Position numbers and translations under genes: made by a program. From Pyrinomonadaceae bacterium (GTDB lineage: Bacteria; Acidobacteriota; Blastocatellia; Pyrinomonadales; Pyrinomonadaceae), in contig JBGSYT010000172.1 of the NCBI GenBank assembly GCA_041750855.1, positions 6,802 through 70,801 on the forward strand: DNA of 64,000 nt, in the 5' to 3' direction. Under the pieces are notes generated by a model, which saw nothing but the letters and a program-made list of their open reading frames with translations, was not told the DNA's origin and did not search any database. Numbering within the stretch: position 1 is the first letter of the stretch; every line of letters starts with the position of its first letter. Shown one piece after another: positions 18,684 through 28,405 of this stretch.

Positions 18684-20570
18684 ATGTGCGGGATAACCGG
18701 ATTTATTGCCACGGATAGTAATGTGCCAGTCGAACCGCGAGCCGCTTTGCTCGGGCGCATGTGCGACTCCATCTATCATCGCGGGCCCGACGAGGAAGGA
18801 ACGCTGGTGCGGGGCCGGGCGGCGCTCGGGATGCGACGCCTCTCGATCATCGACATCAAAACGGGCCAGCAGCCGATCTTTAACTCGGACGGCACGTTGG
18901 CCATTGTCTTCAACGGAGAGATCTACAACTTTCGCGACGTTCGCGCCGAATTGGAAACGCTCGGCCATCAGTTTCGCACGAATTCGGACACCGAGGTGAT
19001 CGTTCACGCATATGACGAATTTGGTGAAGAATGCCTGGACAAGTTGAGAGGGATGTTCGCTTTCGCGATCTGGGATTTCAGTCGGGAGGAGCTTTTTATT
19101 GCCCGCGACCGCGTTGGAAAAAAGCCGCTCTTTTACGCGATCGCGTCGAACGGAGACTTCGTTTTCGGTTCCGAACTAAAGACGATCCTGACACATGGCG
19201 GTATCGAGCTCGAAGTTGACACGGGAGCGCTCGATGCCTTCCTTACATTCGGCTATGTACCGGATGAATTCTGCATGATCGGTGGTGTCAAGAAACTTCT
19301 GCCCGGTCATTTCCTAAAGGTCAAGCATGGCCGCGTAACGACGCAGAAGTATTGGGATTTTGATCTGCGTCCGAGCGAGGTCGATCGATCGGATAACGAC
19401 TGGGCAGAAATGCTTATCGAGCAGCTTCGAGAGGCCGTGAAGATCAGGCTGATCTCGGAAGTGCCGCTCGGGGCATTCCTTTCGGGCGGCATCGACTCGT
19501 CAGCCATCGTCGCGTTGATGGCTGAATTGTCGGAGAAGCCGGTAAAGACGTTTTCGATAGGTTTCCGCGAAGACAGCTACGACGAGCTAAAGTATGCCCG
19601 GATCGCGGCAAAACATTTTGGCACCGAGCATCACGAATTTGTCGTTACGCCCGACCTTTACGATATTCTCGACGAAATTGTCTGGCATTTTGATGAGCCT
19701 TTCGCCGACCAGTCCTCGCTGCCTACGTTCATGCTCTCGAAGCTCGCAAGGGAGCACGTGACCGTGGTGTTGTCAGGCGACGGCGGCGACGAGCTTTTCG
19801 CGGGATATGAACGCTACTCAGTCGATAGGAGGCGAAACGGATTCAGTCGCATACCATCGTTTTTTCGCAAGGGCGTCCTGCGACGTCTAAGTTCGTTCCT
19901 TCCGGATTCTGCGCCGGGGAAAAATTACCTTTACAATGTCTCGCTCGATCCCATTAGTCGCTATATTGACAGCATCTCACCGTTCAACGGGCCGCGAAAG
20001 GCCAAGCTATACACGTCTGGCTTTCGATCGGCAATGAACGGCTCCTGTTCTTACGGCGCCAGGGTTTTTGAAGAACACGCGAATCGCCCCGAGGCGGGGG
20101 AAGGCCTTTCGAAGCTGCTTTACCTTGATTCGAAGACATATCTCCCGGCCGATATCCTTACCAAGGTTGACCGGATGACCATGGCAAATTCTCTGGAAGC
20201 AAGGGTCCCATTTCTTGACCATAAACTGGTTGAGATGGCCTCGCAGATGCGGCAGGACCTTAAGCTTCGCAACGGCCGGTCGAAGTATATCCTAAAGAAG
20301 GCACTTCACGGCAGCATTCCTGATGAGATCCTTTACCGAGAAAAACAAGGCTTTGGCGTCCCGGTCGGGCAGTGGATAAACGACCAGCTTCGAGTACGCA
20401 TAAACGACGATCTTTCTGCACAGCGAACCGTCGAACGCGGTTATTTTGAACGAGCATACGTGCAAACGCTGCTTCGCGAACACGAGAGCAGACGCCGCGA
20501 CCATTCCGACCCACTTTGGTTACTGTGGATGCTGGAACTTTGGATCCGAAAGTATATCGACAAGCAATAA
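18684..20570 (+). CDS. asnB: Asparagine synthase family amidotransferase, paralog 2
   Basis: The ATG at 18684 gives MCGI, the required N-terminal Cys. The PP-loop is FLSGGIDSS. Confidence 0.9.
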   Translation: MCGITGFIATDSNVPVEPRAALLGRMCDSIYHRGPDEEGTLVRGRAALGMRRLSIIDIKTGQQPIFNSDGTLAIVFNGEIYNFRDVRAELETLGHQFRTNSDTEVIVHAYDEFGEECLDKLRGMFAFAIWDFSREELFIARDRVGKKPLFYAIASNGDFVFGSELKTILTHGGIELEVDTGALDAFLTFGYVPDEFCMIGGVKKLLPGHFLKVKHGRVTTQKYWDFDLRPSEVDRSDNDWAEMLIEQLREAVKIRLISEVPLGAFLSGGIDSSAIVALMAELSEKPVKTFSIGFREDSYDELKYARIAAKHFGTEHHEFVVTPDLYDILDEIVWHFDEPFADQSSLPTFMLSKLAREHVTVVLSGDGGDELFAGYERYSVDRRRNGFSRIPSFFRKGVLRRLSSFLPDSAPGKNYLYNVSLDPISRYIDSISPFNGPRKAKLYTSGFRSAMNGSCSYGARVFEEHANRPEAGEGLSKLLYLDSKTYLPADILTKVDRMTMANSLEARVPFLDHKLVEMASQMRQDLKLRNGRSKYILKKALHGSIPDEILYREKQGFGVPVGQWINDQLRVRINDDLSAQRTVERGYFERAYVQTLLREHESRRRDHSDPLWLLWMLELWIRKYIDKQ

Positions 20571-20640
20571 CTGCTTAAAAGAAATAGACCTGCCACGATA
20601 TCAGATGTGTATTTTCGCGTAGAGGCACCCCAACGATTCG

Positions 20641-22689
20641 ATGATCTCAAAACTACGTAAATTGCGAGGAAGAAGCCTGGGCGAACTTGTCGATCGCGGC
20701 CGTCGAAAGGCTTTGGATCTTTCTGAGCGAGCGGGGGTATCGTCCACACTTACACTTCCAACTGATGAAACATTTCTTCGTCAATTCAGAGGCAGCGAGC
20801 TTGCCGCCAAAAAGGATCTCCTCGCATTTTTCCGCAGGCCTCGACACGGGCGCTTTTTCGCCTCGTTTGAGGACAAAGACGCAACGATCGCAGCATTTAT
20901 GCAGAAGTTCTCTCAGCAAGCGGATCTGCTGATCGAACGTGCCGATCGCATCTGCAGTGGATCGTTTGACCTGCTCGGATACAAAGATCTGAACTTCGGC
21001 GCCGCTATGCCCGATTGGCATTTTGAGCCAATTGCCGGCGTGCGGTCTCCGATGGTGCATCGCTCGAGGTTCTCCGAAACCGACTCGAAGCTAACGGGCG
21101 ATAAGAAGATCGTTTGGGAATTAAATCGCCATCAGTATTTTTCCATACTTGGCCGGGCATATTGGCTGACCGGCGACGAGCGTTATGCCGCGACGATCGT
21201 TAGCCATTTGGAAGATTGGATAGATAAGAATCCGCCGCAGATGGGCGTGAATTGGGTCTCAAGTCTCGAGGTAGCGTTTCGGTCAATTTCCTGGATTTGG
21301 GCGTTTAATTTTATTCGAGATTCCCAGTCGTTGACCGACGAAATTCTCTTCCGTTTTCTTAAGGTGCTCTCGTTCAACGCCAGTCATATCGAGCAAAACC
21401 TTTCGACCTATACGAGTCCCAACACGCACCTGACCGGCGAGGCTCTCGGGCTATATATTCTCGGCTCGTTTTTCTCAGAGCATCGACTTGGGCACCCATG
21501 GAAGGCCCGTGGTTACCAGGTAATGCTGGAAGCACTTAAATTTCAGATCCGCCGCGATGGCGGCTATGTCGAGCAATCAACACAGTACCAGCGTTACACG
21601 ACCGACTTCTACCTTTGTCTGATACTTCTTCGACGGCGAGAGGAAGCCGAGGTCGATCCACTCGTCGAGAACTCAGTGCGAAAACTCCTTGAATTTCTCA
21701 TGTACGTAACTCAGCCCAATGGGGAAACACCGCTTATCGGTGACGACGATGGCGGTAGGCTGCATTTTCCGAATGAAGGGGAGTTCGCGGACTTTCGCGC
21801 AACACTGGCGTTGGGGGCGGCGGTCTTCGAAGATCCTCACCTGAAGTTCGTCGCTGGAGAAGCGAATGGCGAGTTGTTGTGGCTTGGTGGACCGGAACTG
21901 ATCGAAAAATACGATTCGATATCGGCCGAGCCACCGTCGGACACTCAAATGCAGTTTGCACGATCGGGGGTTTTCACCGTTCGCACCGGATGGGAGAAGG
22001 ATGCGAGCTATCTCCTTGCAGACTGCGGCGAACATGGCTTTTTGAACGGCGGGCATGCCCACGCCGACGCACTCGGTTTCGTATTGTCAGCGAAAGGAAT
22101 ACCGGTATTTATCGATCCGGGAACTTATAACTATACGGCCGACAGCGGCGCACGTGACCTTTACCGCTCGACGAATTCGCATAATTGTCTCACCGTCAAC
22201 GGCAGTTCATCGTCTGAACCATGCGGCCCCTTTAGTTGGAAGAGCGTTGCAAGCGCACGCGTGGAATGTTGGACAGAGGACGCGAAAGGGGTCGTGCTTG
22301 CGGGAACGCACGACGGTTTTGGCCGCTTTGGGGTCGATTATAAACGCGAATTTCGAATATCACCGGCTTTCAGGATCGAGATCCTGGATTCGTTGGAGAC
22401 AAAAACCGCCAACCTTTTTCAGATCAATCTCATTCTCCACCCTTCAGTTTACGCGGAGATCGAGTCGCCATTCCGTTTCTCTTGTTTTGCAAAAGCGGGA
22501 AGTTTAAAGCTATTGACAGTTGTTACAATGTGGACGGATGGCGAGGAAATTGACGTCTCAGGCTGGGCAGTTGAACCTTTTCAGGTGTCACCTCAATACG
22601 GCGCGCTGATCGAATCGTCTAAGCTCGTAATGTCGGTGCGGAGCGATCGGAACTTCTGGATCAGGAACGAGATCACCATCGCCAACTAG
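20641..22689 (+). CDS. Heparinase II/III-like protein (alginate-lyase-like N-domain + heparinase II/III C-domain)
   Basis: The motifs NWVSSLEVAFRSISW and GGHAHADALGF are typical of this family. I saw no obvious signal peptide. Confidence 0.7.
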   Translation: MISKLRKLRGRSLGELVDRGRRKALDLSERAGVSSTLTLPTDETFLRQFRGSELAAKKDLLAFFRRPRHGRFFASFEDKDATIAAFMQKFSQQADLLIERADRICSGSFDLLGYKDLNFGAAMPDWHFEPIAGVRSPMVHRSRFSETDSKLTGDKKIVWELNRHQYFSILGRAYWLTGDERYAATIVSHLEDWIDKNPPQMGVNWVSSLEVAFRSISWIWAFNFIRDSQSLTDEILFRFLKVLSFNASHIEQNLSTYTSPNTHLTGEALGLYILGSFFSEHRLGHPWKARGYQVMLEALKFQIRRDGGYVEQSTQYQRYTTDFYLCLILLRRREEAEVDPLVENSVRKLLEFLMYVTQPNGETPLIGDDDGGRLHFPNEGEFADFRATLALGAAVFEDPHLKFVAGEANGELLWLGGPELIEKYDSISAEPPSDTQMQFARSGVFTVRTGWEKDASYLLADCGEHGFLNGGHAHADALGFVLSAKGIPVFIDPGTYNYTADSGARDLYRSTNSHNCLTVNGSSSSEPCGPFSWKSVASARVECWTEDAKGVVLAGTHDGFGRFGVDYKREFRISPAFRIEILDSLETKTANLFQINLILHPSVYAEIESPFRFSCFAKAGSLKLLTVVTMWTDGEEIDVSGWAVEPFQVSPQYGALIESSKLVMSVRSDRNFWIRNEITIAN

Positions 22690-22696
22690 AGTATTT

Positions 22697-24595
22697 ATGT
22701 GCGGTATCGCAGGAATAGCATTGTCAGACGCGAGCGGCAAAACGGTGGATCGCGGGATGCTCGTTCGGATGACCGACCGCATCGCGCATCGCGGCCCGGA
22801 CGATGCCGGCGTGTTCGTGGACCGCAATATTGGCCTTGGCCACCGACGGCTGACAATTGTTGATCTCAACACCGGCGGCCAGCCGATGTTCAATTCCGAT
22901 CGGTCGTGCGTGATCGTCTATAACGGAGAGGTTTATAACCACGCGGACCATCGCGACGAGCTTGTTGAAAGAGGATATAAATATACATCGACTTCCGACA
23001 CAGAGACCATTCTGCATTTGTACGAAGAGTTTGGAAGTGATTGTGTCCATAGATTGCGCGGCATGTTCGCATTTGCCGTGTGGGACAAGAACGAACGTGA
23101 ACTGTTTCTGGCGCGCGACCGTTTTGGCGTAAAGCCGCTTTACTACGTTCATACGTCCGACGGCAGCATCTTCTTCGCCTCCGAGATCAAATCGCTGCTC
23201 GAAACCGGCGCAGTGAAGGCGGAATTGAACTACTCCGCACTTCCAGACCAGCTTGCAAATCGCGGGACCAGCGGCGACGAGACTTTGTTCCTCGGCGTCA
23301 AACGTCTGCTTCCCGGGCACTTTCTTAAATGGAAAGACGGAAAAATAACTACGGAGCAGTTCTGGGATCTTCAGTTTGAACCCAAAGAAAACATCGTCCG
23401 GGAAAATGATGTAGTCGATGAATGGCTGGAGATATTCCGGAATTCGGTAAGGCTCCGGCTTATGTCCGATGTGCCGCTTGGCATGTTCCTTTCCGGAGGC
23501 ATTGATTCATCAGCGATCGCCGCCGTGATGTCGGAAATGGTCAGCGAACCGATAAAGACCTTTTCGGTCGGGTTCCAGGAGCGAGAGGCAAATGAGTTTA
23601 GCTATGCTCGGATGGTTGCTGAGCGCTTCGGCACCGATCACCATGAGATCACTATCACGCCGACGGAATTCTTTGCTGAGCTGCCGAAACTTGTCTGGCA
23701 TGAGGACGAGCCACTCGGTTTTGAGGCCTCGGTCCCGCTCTATTTCGTTTCAAAACTCGCGTCAAAACACGTTAAGGTCGTCCTGACCGGGGAAGGGAGC
23801 GACGAGACGCTCGCAGGCTACGGTCGCTACCGCAAGGCCGCTTTACTTCTTGGCTACGGCCAGAGGTATGAGGCGATAATGCCGGCTTTTCTGAGGAATG
23901 CCGTTCGTTCCAGTGTAGATTCGCTGCCGGCCTCGATCAGTCGAAAGCTCAGCCGAACGTTTCTTACACGAAATGCTGATCTTGACGAGATCTTTTTCGA
24001 TAACTTTGCCGTGTTCGGCCGGTCGATGCAGAGAGAGATGTTTACGCCAGAGACGAGATCCCGCCTCACGGACACTGACCCTTTCGTAAATACACGAAGT
24101 TGGTTGGCAGGGAAGGAAATCACATCGGCGATCGACAAGATGCTCTACGTTGATATAAAGACTTACCTGCATGAGCTTTTGATGAAGCAGGACCAGATGT
24201 CGATGGCGGCATCGATCGAAAGCCGCGTGCCGTTTCTCGACCACAAACTCGTCGAGTTTTCAGCCCGTCTCCCGGAATCGTTCAGGCTTCGTGGAAAAAC
24301 CACAAAATGGATACTTCGAGAAGCGATGAAAGGCCTGCTTCCAGATGAGATCCTGACACGCTCCAAGATGGGGTTTCCGGTGCCGCTCGGTCATTGGTTC
24401 CGAGGGGAGTTCAAACACATTGTTGATGACCTGGTTCTTGGCGAACGGGCACTGTCGCGTGGCATTTTCAGTGCAGCTTTCGTCAGGGAACTGGTGGTGC
24501 GGCACAATTCGGGCGAAGACCACGCGTCAAGGATCTGGGCACTAATGAATCTTGAGATCTGGCATAGACGATTTATCGATGGTGAAGGTGAATAA
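22697..24595 (+). CDS. asnB: Asparagine synthase family amidotransferase, paralog 3
   Basis: It starts with MCGI and has the PP-loop FLSGGIDSS. Confidence 0.9.
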   Translation: MCGIAGIALSDASGKTVDRGMLVRMTDRIAHRGPDDAGVFVDRNIGLGHRRLTIVDLNTGGQPMFNSDRSCVIVYNGEVYNHADHRDELVERGYKYTSTSDTETILHLYEEFGSDCVHRLRGMFAFAVWDKNERELFLARDRFGVKPLYYVHTSDGSIFFASEIKSLLETGAVKAELNYSALPDQLANRGTSGDETLFLGVKRLLPGHFLKWKDGKITTEQFWDLQFEPKENIVRENDVVDEWLEIFRNSVRLRLMSDVPLGMFLSGGIDSSAIAAVMSEMVSEPIKTFSVGFQEREANEFSYARMVAERFGTDHHEITITPTEFFAELPKLVWHEDEPLGFEASVPLYFVSKLASKHVKVVLTGEGSDETLAGYGRYRKAALLLGYGQRYEAIMPAFLRNAVRSSVDSLPASISRKLSRTFLTRNADLDEIFFDNFAVFGRSMQREMFTPETRSRLTDTDPFVNTRSWLAGKEITSAIDKMLYVDIKTYLHELLMKQDQMSMAASIESRVPFLDHKLVEFSARLPESFRLRGKTTKWILREAMKGLLPDEILTRSKMGFPVPLGHWFRGEFKHIVDDLVLGERALSRGIFSAAFVRELVVRHNSGEDHASRIWALMNLEIWHRRFIDGEGE

Positions 24596-25628
24596 CATAG
24601 GTTTGCGATATATTGTGATCACCGAACAGCCGGGCTCCGAAGTTATATCGACTTGGAATGACCTACTTGATAATTGTTCTCATGCTACGCATTTCACCAC
24701 CCCGGATTTCTTTGTCGATCCTTCTGTCCGCGTAGGGGAGCGGTTCGCCGTCCTTGCATTAAATGGCCATCGGATCGAGGGCATTGTGACAGGGCTTAGG
24801 AACGGACGACAGATTCGCTGCGGTCTTCCTGACAGGCCCCAAACTGCATTTCGGGACGGCGTAGATTTGCTTGCGCTCTATGCCCCACTTTGTCAAGGTA
24901 TTGACGAGTTCGGAGGAGACGAAGTAGAACTTGTCGATATCTATTCGTGGGTGCAGATCGGCGAAATCGGATCGACGGGTTTCGTGGAAAGCCGATGCGG
25001 GAATGGCGACCGCGTGGTAATGCTTGATTTGACGAAGGGGCCCGAAACACTTTTTCGTGATTTTTCCGAGCGTCGTCGGACCCAACTTCGAAAAGCGCAA
25101 AAGGCGGGAAAGATAGTGGTCAAACGGGTAGAGACGGAAGCCGAACTCGGTGAGCTTTACAAAATCCACACGGTTTGGAACGAAACGAAGGGAATAACGC
25201 CTGATACATATGAGAATTTTCGTAAGGTGCTTGGATCGAAATATCGTATGATCCTGATCGCCTTTTTCGAAGGGAAGATAATCGCGGGCACTTACATGAG
25301 GTACTGTGAGAATGGGATCGTCGAATACGCGGCAAACAACTCGCTTGTGGAATTTTGGAATTTGCAGGCGAACAAGCTGTTGGGCTGGCGAGCGATCGAG
25401 TGGGCTTGTGAGAACGGATTTGGGAAGTTCAGCCTTGGGGCTTCTCACCCGTTTCTCAATCGGTTTGGCAGAGAAATAGTTGCCGCTTTCCGGTATCGGT
25501 CCGATCGAAGCTTCCTTCGGCACCACTCAAACCGTGAAAGGTTCAATGCTATGGCTCGAAACGTATATCCGTCGTTAACAGCCTTTTTAAAAAGTAAACT
25601 GAACGCATCGGGCTGGTCTGGGCTGTGA
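24579..25628 (+). CDS. FemAB-like / GNAT-fold acyltransferase, second copy
   Basis: Its size and C-terminal GNAT-like core (IIAGTYMRY ... VEYAANN) fit the family. The start at 24579 (MVKVNN) overlaps the asnB paralog 3 stop region, and the ORF track start is 24552. Confidence 0.55.
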   Translation: MVKVNNIGLRYIVITEQPGSEVISTWNDLLDNCSHATHFTTPDFFVDPSVRVGERFAVLALNGHRIEGIVTGLRNGRQIRCGLPDRPQTAFRDGVDLLALYAPLCQGIDEFGGDEVELVDIYSWVQIGEIGSTGFVESRCGNGDRVVMLDLTKGPETLFRDFSERRRTQLRKAQKAGKIVVKRVETEAELGELYKIHTVWNETKGITPDTYENFRKVLGSKYRMILIAFFEGKIIAGTYMRYCENGIVEYAANNSLVEFWNLQANKLLGWRAIEWACENGFGKFSLGASHPFLNRFGREIVAAFRYRSDRSFLRHHSNRERFNAMARNVYPSLTAFLKSKLNASGWSGL

Positions 25629-26842
25629 TGTCGCGAGCAATGAAATCAGCCAATAAAAAGGTGGAAGAAAGAAAGGCGAAATCTCGTCTGTCAGGCAGGG
25701 ACATTCTATGTTTCAGCCATGATTGGACGGGCGATCCGCTCTCAAAAACACATTTGATGCGGATCCTCGCCCGCGAAAATCGTATCTTGTGGATCAACGC
25801 GATCGCTAACAGGATGCCGACGTCATCGACTAAAGACCTGTCACGGATCTACCGCAAGCTTCGAGCATTCGCCGAACCCGTGCGCGAGGTCGAGCCAAAT
25901 ATCTTTGTGCTGAACCCTTTGGCCGTGCCTGCATATGGAAACGCGTTCATTCGTTCCTTTAATCAGAGGTTTCTTGAAAGACAAGTAAGAAAAGCGATGA
26001 GAGGGCTCGATTTTCAAAGGCCCGTAAACATGGTATTCAACCCGGCAGCCGGGCTTTTGGCCGATCGTCTGGGTGAGGCCTCGATCGTTTACTATTGTGT
26101 CGATGAATATACGGCTTTCACAGGTGCCTCGAAGGGACTGAAAGAGATCGAGGAAAACCTTTTCCGTCATGCGGACCTCGTGATCGTATCGGCGGAAAGG
26201 CTTCTCGAATCAAAAAGTCAATTCAATAAGAATACTTTTCTTATCCGCCACGGCACAGATTGGGCTCATTTTCGTAAAGCTCTTTCACCGGAAACAGTGA
26301 TTCCCGAGGAGATAGCGAAACTTCCGCGCCCTATCATCGGCTTTCACGGCCTGCTTGCCGACTGGGTGGATTACAAGCTGATAAAGCGGGTGGCGGAACA
26401 TTTCGACTCGGGCTCGGTTGTTCTTGTTGGAAAGATCGCCGTCGACGCTGAGGAAAAAATAAAGGCATTGAACGGCATCCGGAATATCCACTTCCTCGGC
26501 CGGCGTCCGTACGCCGATCTTCCCGCATTTTGCAAAGGGTATGACGTGGCGCTAAACCCTTTTGTGATAAACGAGCTGACGCTTGCAGCAAATCCATTAA
26601 AGGTCAGAGAATACCTGGCAGCGGGGCTTCAGACGGTCTCGACTGACATTCCGGAGGTCCGCGTCCTTCGGCATTGTCTGATCGCCAGAAACGCCGACGA
26701 GTTCATCGATCAGATCGAGAAGGCCCTGAAAACTGGACACAAGCGGGAAGAGGTCTCCAACTCGATCAGCCACGAAAGCTGGGAAGCTAGGGTTGAAGAA
26801 TTCATACGGATCTTCGAGGAAATGCATGACAAAGCGGGCTAG
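25628..26842 (+). CDS. GT-B fold glycosyltransferase (GT1/GT4-like)
   Basis: The C-terminal NPLKVREYLAAGLQTVSTDIPE motif fits the family. The ATG at 25628 overlaps the preceding TGA (TGATG). Confidence 0.7.
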   Translation: MSRAMKSANKKVEERKAKSRLSGRDILCFSHDWTGDPLSKTHLMRILARENRILWINAIANRMPTSSTKDLSRIYRKLRAFAEPVREVEPNIFVLNPLAVPAYGNAFIRSFNQRFLERQVRKAMRGLDFQRPVNMVFNPAAGLLADRLGEASIVYYCVDEYTAFTGASKGLKEIEENLFRHADLVIVSAERLLESKSQFNKNTFLIRHGTDWAHFRKALSPETVIPEEIAKLPRPIIGFHGLLADWVDYKLIKRVAEHFDSGSVVLVGKIAVDAEEKIKALNGIRNIHFLGRRPYADLPAFCKGYDVALNPFVINELTLAANPLKVREYLAAGLQTVSTDIPEVRVLRHCLIARNADEFIDQIEKALKTGHKREEVSNSISHESWEARVEEFIRIFEEMHDKAG

Positions 26843-27464
26843 GGCAATATCTATACTTGGCGTTTCCGCTGCGACTCTTGCTCTCTGGATATTTACGGCA
26901 CCTTTTCTTGCGGACAATTTGATCGCGGAAAGGTCGATCGAGAAAGCGGATGTTATCCTGATATTGAGCGGCGCCGCCGATCATGCACAAAGGGCCGAAG
27001 GTGGGAGCTTCGAGTTTCATGCGCGCAAAGCTCCGATGATCTGGATAACCGACGATGGCCAACGCGGCGGGTGGGACGACGTTGAGAAGGGAAATCCGTT
27101 CTTTGTTGAAAGAATGCACGCAGCTCTTGTGAAGGCAGGGGTTCCGGAATCTGCGATCGAACGCCTTCCCGGCGGTGTCTCCGGTACTAACGGCGAGGCT
27201 GACCTTGCTGTGAAGACAGCCTTGCAGCGGAAATATCAAAGCATCCTGATCGTAACGTCTGATTATCATTCGCGACGGGCCTTATGGACATTTGATCAGG
27301 CCAGCGAGGCGAATGGAGCGAACTTGCAGGTCGGCCTTATTCGGGCGCCCTCCGCCGGGACTTATCCCGACCGTTATACATGGTGGCTGAGCCCGCGGGG
27401 CTGGAGCACGGTCGGCGCGGAATACGTGAAGTTTGGCTATTATTGGTTGTATTACAGATTTTGA
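26826..27464 (+). CDS. DUF218 (YdcF/ElyC/SanA-like) protein
   Basis: It has an N-terminal TM. The motifs ILILSGA and IVTSDYHSRRA are typical of DUF218. Confidence 0.7.
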   Translation: MTKRARAISILGVSAATLALWIFTAPFLADNLIAERSIEKADVILILSGAADHAQRAEGGSFEFHARKAPMIWITDDGQRGGWDDVEKGNPFFVERMHAALVKAGVPESAIERLPGGVSGTNGEADLAVKTALQRKYQSILIVTSDYHSRRALWTFDQASEANGANLQVGLIRAPSAGTYPDRYTWWLSPRGWSTVGAEYVKFGYYWLYYRF

Positions 27465-27478
27465 GGCAGGATAGGTCT

Positions 27479-28357
27479 ATGGCAAGCGTTTCAACATCGC
27501 CAGCATTAACGAATGACGCAGCAGTTCAACACGCAGATGAGATCGACCGTGGTGTCCGCTTCGGATTCGGAAAGAACTGGGCAGAGTTTCTAAGCGTTCT
27601 TGACGACGACCGGATCGAAAGAGCCGAACGGTCGCTCTGCGATATGTTGGACGTGGACGACTTTTCGGGCCGCACGTTTCTTGATATCGGATCGGGCAGT
27701 GGCCTGTTCTCATTAGCTGCAAGGCGACTTGGGGCAAAGGTGCTCTCATTCGATTTTGATACGGATTCAGTCGCGTGCACGACCGAGCTTTGCCGAAGGT
27801 ATTTTCCAGACGACGATTCGTGGCAAATAGAACAGGGTTCAGTGCTTGACGACAGCTACATGGAGTCGCTGGGGCAATTCGACATCGTCTATTCCTGGGG
27901 GGTGCTCCACCATACCGGGCAGATGTGGAAGGCCCTAGAGAACGCAGGTAAAAAGGTTGGGTCCGGCGGTAAGCTTTTTATCGCTATTTACAACGATACC
28001 GGTTCTCAGGCATCTCGTTGGCGATTCATCAAATCGACCTATTGCAAGCTGCCCATCCCCCTTAAGGCGCCATTTGCTGTTCTTGTCTCATTCCCGGACG
28101 AGGGGAAACGTTTCCTGTCGTTCTTGCTCAAAGGAAAACCGCTTGGATTCTTTGAGCATTGGAAAAATTATCGGAACGCGCGAGGTATGAGCCGCTGGCA
28201 CGACATTGTCGATTGGGTCGGCGGCTATCCTTATGAAGTGGCCGGGCCATCGGCGCTATTCGATTTCTTTAAGGCACGGGGCTTTGAACTTTCAGCGATA
28301 AGGTGCGACAACGTCGGTCTCGGATGCAATGAGATGGTTTTTGTTCGAAAGAGTTGA
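27479..28357 (+). CDS. Class I SAM-dependent methyltransferase, second copy
   Basis: Motif I is FLDIGSGSGLFSLAARRLGAKVLSFDFD. The internal ATG at 27479 avoids overlap with the DUF218 gene. Confidence 0.75.
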   Translation: MASVSTSPALTNDAAVQHADEIDRGVRFGFGKNWAEFLSVLDDDRIERAERSLCDMLDVDDFSGRTFLDIGSGSGLFSLAARRLGAKVLSFDFDTDSVACTTELCRRYFPDDDSWQIEQGSVLDDSYMESLGQFDIVYSWGVLHHTGQMWKALENAGKKVGSGGKLFIAIYNDTGSQASRWRFIKSTYCKLPIPLKAPFAVLVSFPDEGKRFLSFLLKGKPLGFFEHWKNYRNARGMSRWHDIVDWVGGYPYEVAGPSALFDFFKARGFELSAIRCDNVGLGCNEMVFVRKS

Positions 28358-28405
28358 AGTACTTTAGGTCTGATTCAAGAGACCGGAGAATAGAGACAGC
28401 GGTTT

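Noticed and set aside
22724-23320. A 198-aa minus-strand ORF opposite asnB paralog 3, with similar antisense ORFs in 4675..5248, 18339..19007 and 58593..59270
   Set aside because: Each is fully embedded in a gene with strong family motifs on the other strand, so these are shadow ORFs.
24759-25526. A 255-aa minus-strand ORF inside the second FemAB-like gene
   Set aside because: I saw no recognisable motifs or start context. Its composition is that of an antisense frame. The plus-strand gene fits the operon spacing, with stop/start overlaps on both sides.
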